Of a stretch of DNA of 64,000 nucleotides, positions 62,763 through 64,000 are shown piece after piece. The DNA comes from a virus: positions 1 to 64,000 of IMG/VR virus record IMGVR_UViG_3300031576_000007, one strand, 5' to 3'. The stretch's first letter is position 1; every line of letters begins with the position of its first letter. The notes beneath the pieces were generated by a model. That model worked only from the letters and a program-made list of their open reading frames with translations, was not told the DNA's origin and made no database searches. The translations under genes and the position numbers were made by a program.

Positions 62763-63338
62763 ATGCTAATCGCTCTTGATATCGATGGGGTAATTTTAGA
62801 TTTCTTGGGCCATTTCCTGAAGATATACAACAACAGGAATGGTACGAGTCTTACTACAGATGATATAACTGACTTTTTGCCTTCTGGTAATCTAGATGAT
62901 TTAATAAAGAAAAAAGACTGGGATGAGAACTTCGATTTCTTTGTTGATAATGGGGGATTTTCTAGCCTACCAAGTTTTGAAGGTGCCAGGGTAGCTATAG
63001 AGAATATTATTAAAGCTGGTCATCACATAGTCTATATAACTGCTAGAGAACCAAAACTATCTGGACAGACTATTATATCATTTATATTAAATAATATCCC
63101 TCTTAAAAAGATATATTTCGCTCCTCATAGTAAAGAACAAGCACTAAAAGACCTTAATCCAGATATATTTGTTGATGATAGACTAAAACATTTAGAAGAG
63201 GCAGAAAGAGCTGGGGTTAGAAATATCTATGTTATGGATCAACCATATAATAAAAAACTGGAAGCTAAAAAATATACTCGTATCTATAATTTAATCCAAT
63301 TAGAAAGAGAAATTGCTCCAATTAAGGATGAAAAATGA
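62763..63338 (+). CDS. 5'(3')-deoxyribonucleotidase (HAD, NT5C-like)
   Basis: LDIDGV, ITAR, K, FVDD, PYN. Confidence 0.85.
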   Translation: MLIALDIDGVILDFLGHFLKIYNNRNGTSLTTDDITDFLPSGNLDDLIKKKDWDENFDFFVDNGGFSSLPSFEGARVAIENIIKAGHHIVYITAREPKLSGQTIISFILNNIPLKKIYFAPHSKEQALKDLNPDIFVDDRLKHLEEAERAGVRNIYVMDQPYNKKLEAKKYTRIYNLIQLEREIAPIKDEK

Positions 63339-64000
63339 AAAAGACGACATTAGGAAAAGCTCTAATAAAGGCAGCCAAAGAAACTATAAAGCCCTCAAAA
63401 GAAGAAGTTAGTATCAGATATTTAGTGGTTTATACACCTAATTTCTGTGTGACTCCATTTAAAGTAGTTTATGATAGTTCAAAAAAAAAGAACTTCGCAA
63501 TTAACTCTAAGATAGAACTTAATAGTAGTGAAGCTGCTTATAAGTATTATAGAGGCTTAAAAGACGAAGACAGTGAAATTCGTATATTTAGAGTCTTTAA
63601 CTTAACTGATGAAGAGGTATTGAAATTTATGAATTGTTCAGCAGAAATGGCCGTTCCCAACTCAATGTATTGGAGCCGAACTAAGGGGTTGCGCCCTAAG
63701 AACCCCGAAGAACAGTGAACTAAATTAAGAAGATAGTTGAAAACTTTGAGAAGAAAATACAAAGAGATAAAAATGACTGAAGATACTAAAAAGAAAGAAC
63801 CAAAGTTTAGACAGTACATGGTCTTAGAAGTTGTCCAGAGTTTTGATATAATATTTGCTAATGAGGACAAACGATTAAGAAAAGAACATTTATTTGAAGG
63901 GTCTCACTTACTTATAACCAGAGGTTTTAAAGGTAATAAAGCTTATAAAAACTTTTATAGATATAACTTCTGTGAACTTTCACTAGAACAGCTGGTACTC

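Noticed and set aside
791-63870. Minus-strand ORFs in the track
   Set aside because: All are short, overlap convincing + strand genes or pseudogenes, and lack recognisable motifs; treated as shadow ORFs

Overview
About 64 kb of AT-rich (roughly 30% GC by eye), densely packed DNA with essentially all genes on the + strand. It looks like the early and DNA-metabolism half of a large tailed phage or phage-derived element; I found no capsid, portal, terminase or tail genes. From left to right: small early ORFs; a Zn-finger amidoligase plus class II glutamine amidotransferase; a protein kinase; an AT-rich origin-like segment; an SLT lytic transglycosylase; a MoxR-like AAA ATPase with a metallopeptidase-VWA partner; peptide deformylase; family-4 UDG; an OmpA plus collagen-like lipoprotein cassette; macrodomain; MazG; RNA ligase; ThyX; a Cys-rich sigma-region-4-like protein; class II RNR; a ~300-nt highly structured non-coding segment; then a recombination/replication block (PD-(D/E)XK nuclease, ERF, primase-helicase, PolA, dNMP kinase, two ClpP-like proteins, RuvC, RecA, GMP reductase/IMPDH, 5'-nucleotidase). 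Six genes carry inteins, including one ending in Gln, one starting with Ser and one with an HNH domain. Many consensus sigma70 promoters are present, three of them positioned for leaderless mRNAs. The ORF track hides a pattern of broken small accessory genes: internal stops, lost start codons, homopolymer frameshifts and an apparent deletion chimera, while all large core genes are intact. Top leads: the structured non-coding element at 36.85-37.15 kb, the accessory-gene inactivation pattern, a signal-peptide-bearing ClpP inside a membrane-protein module, and the reversed-architecture OmpA/collagen-lipoprotein cassette. All family calls come from motif recognition by eye; no searches were run.
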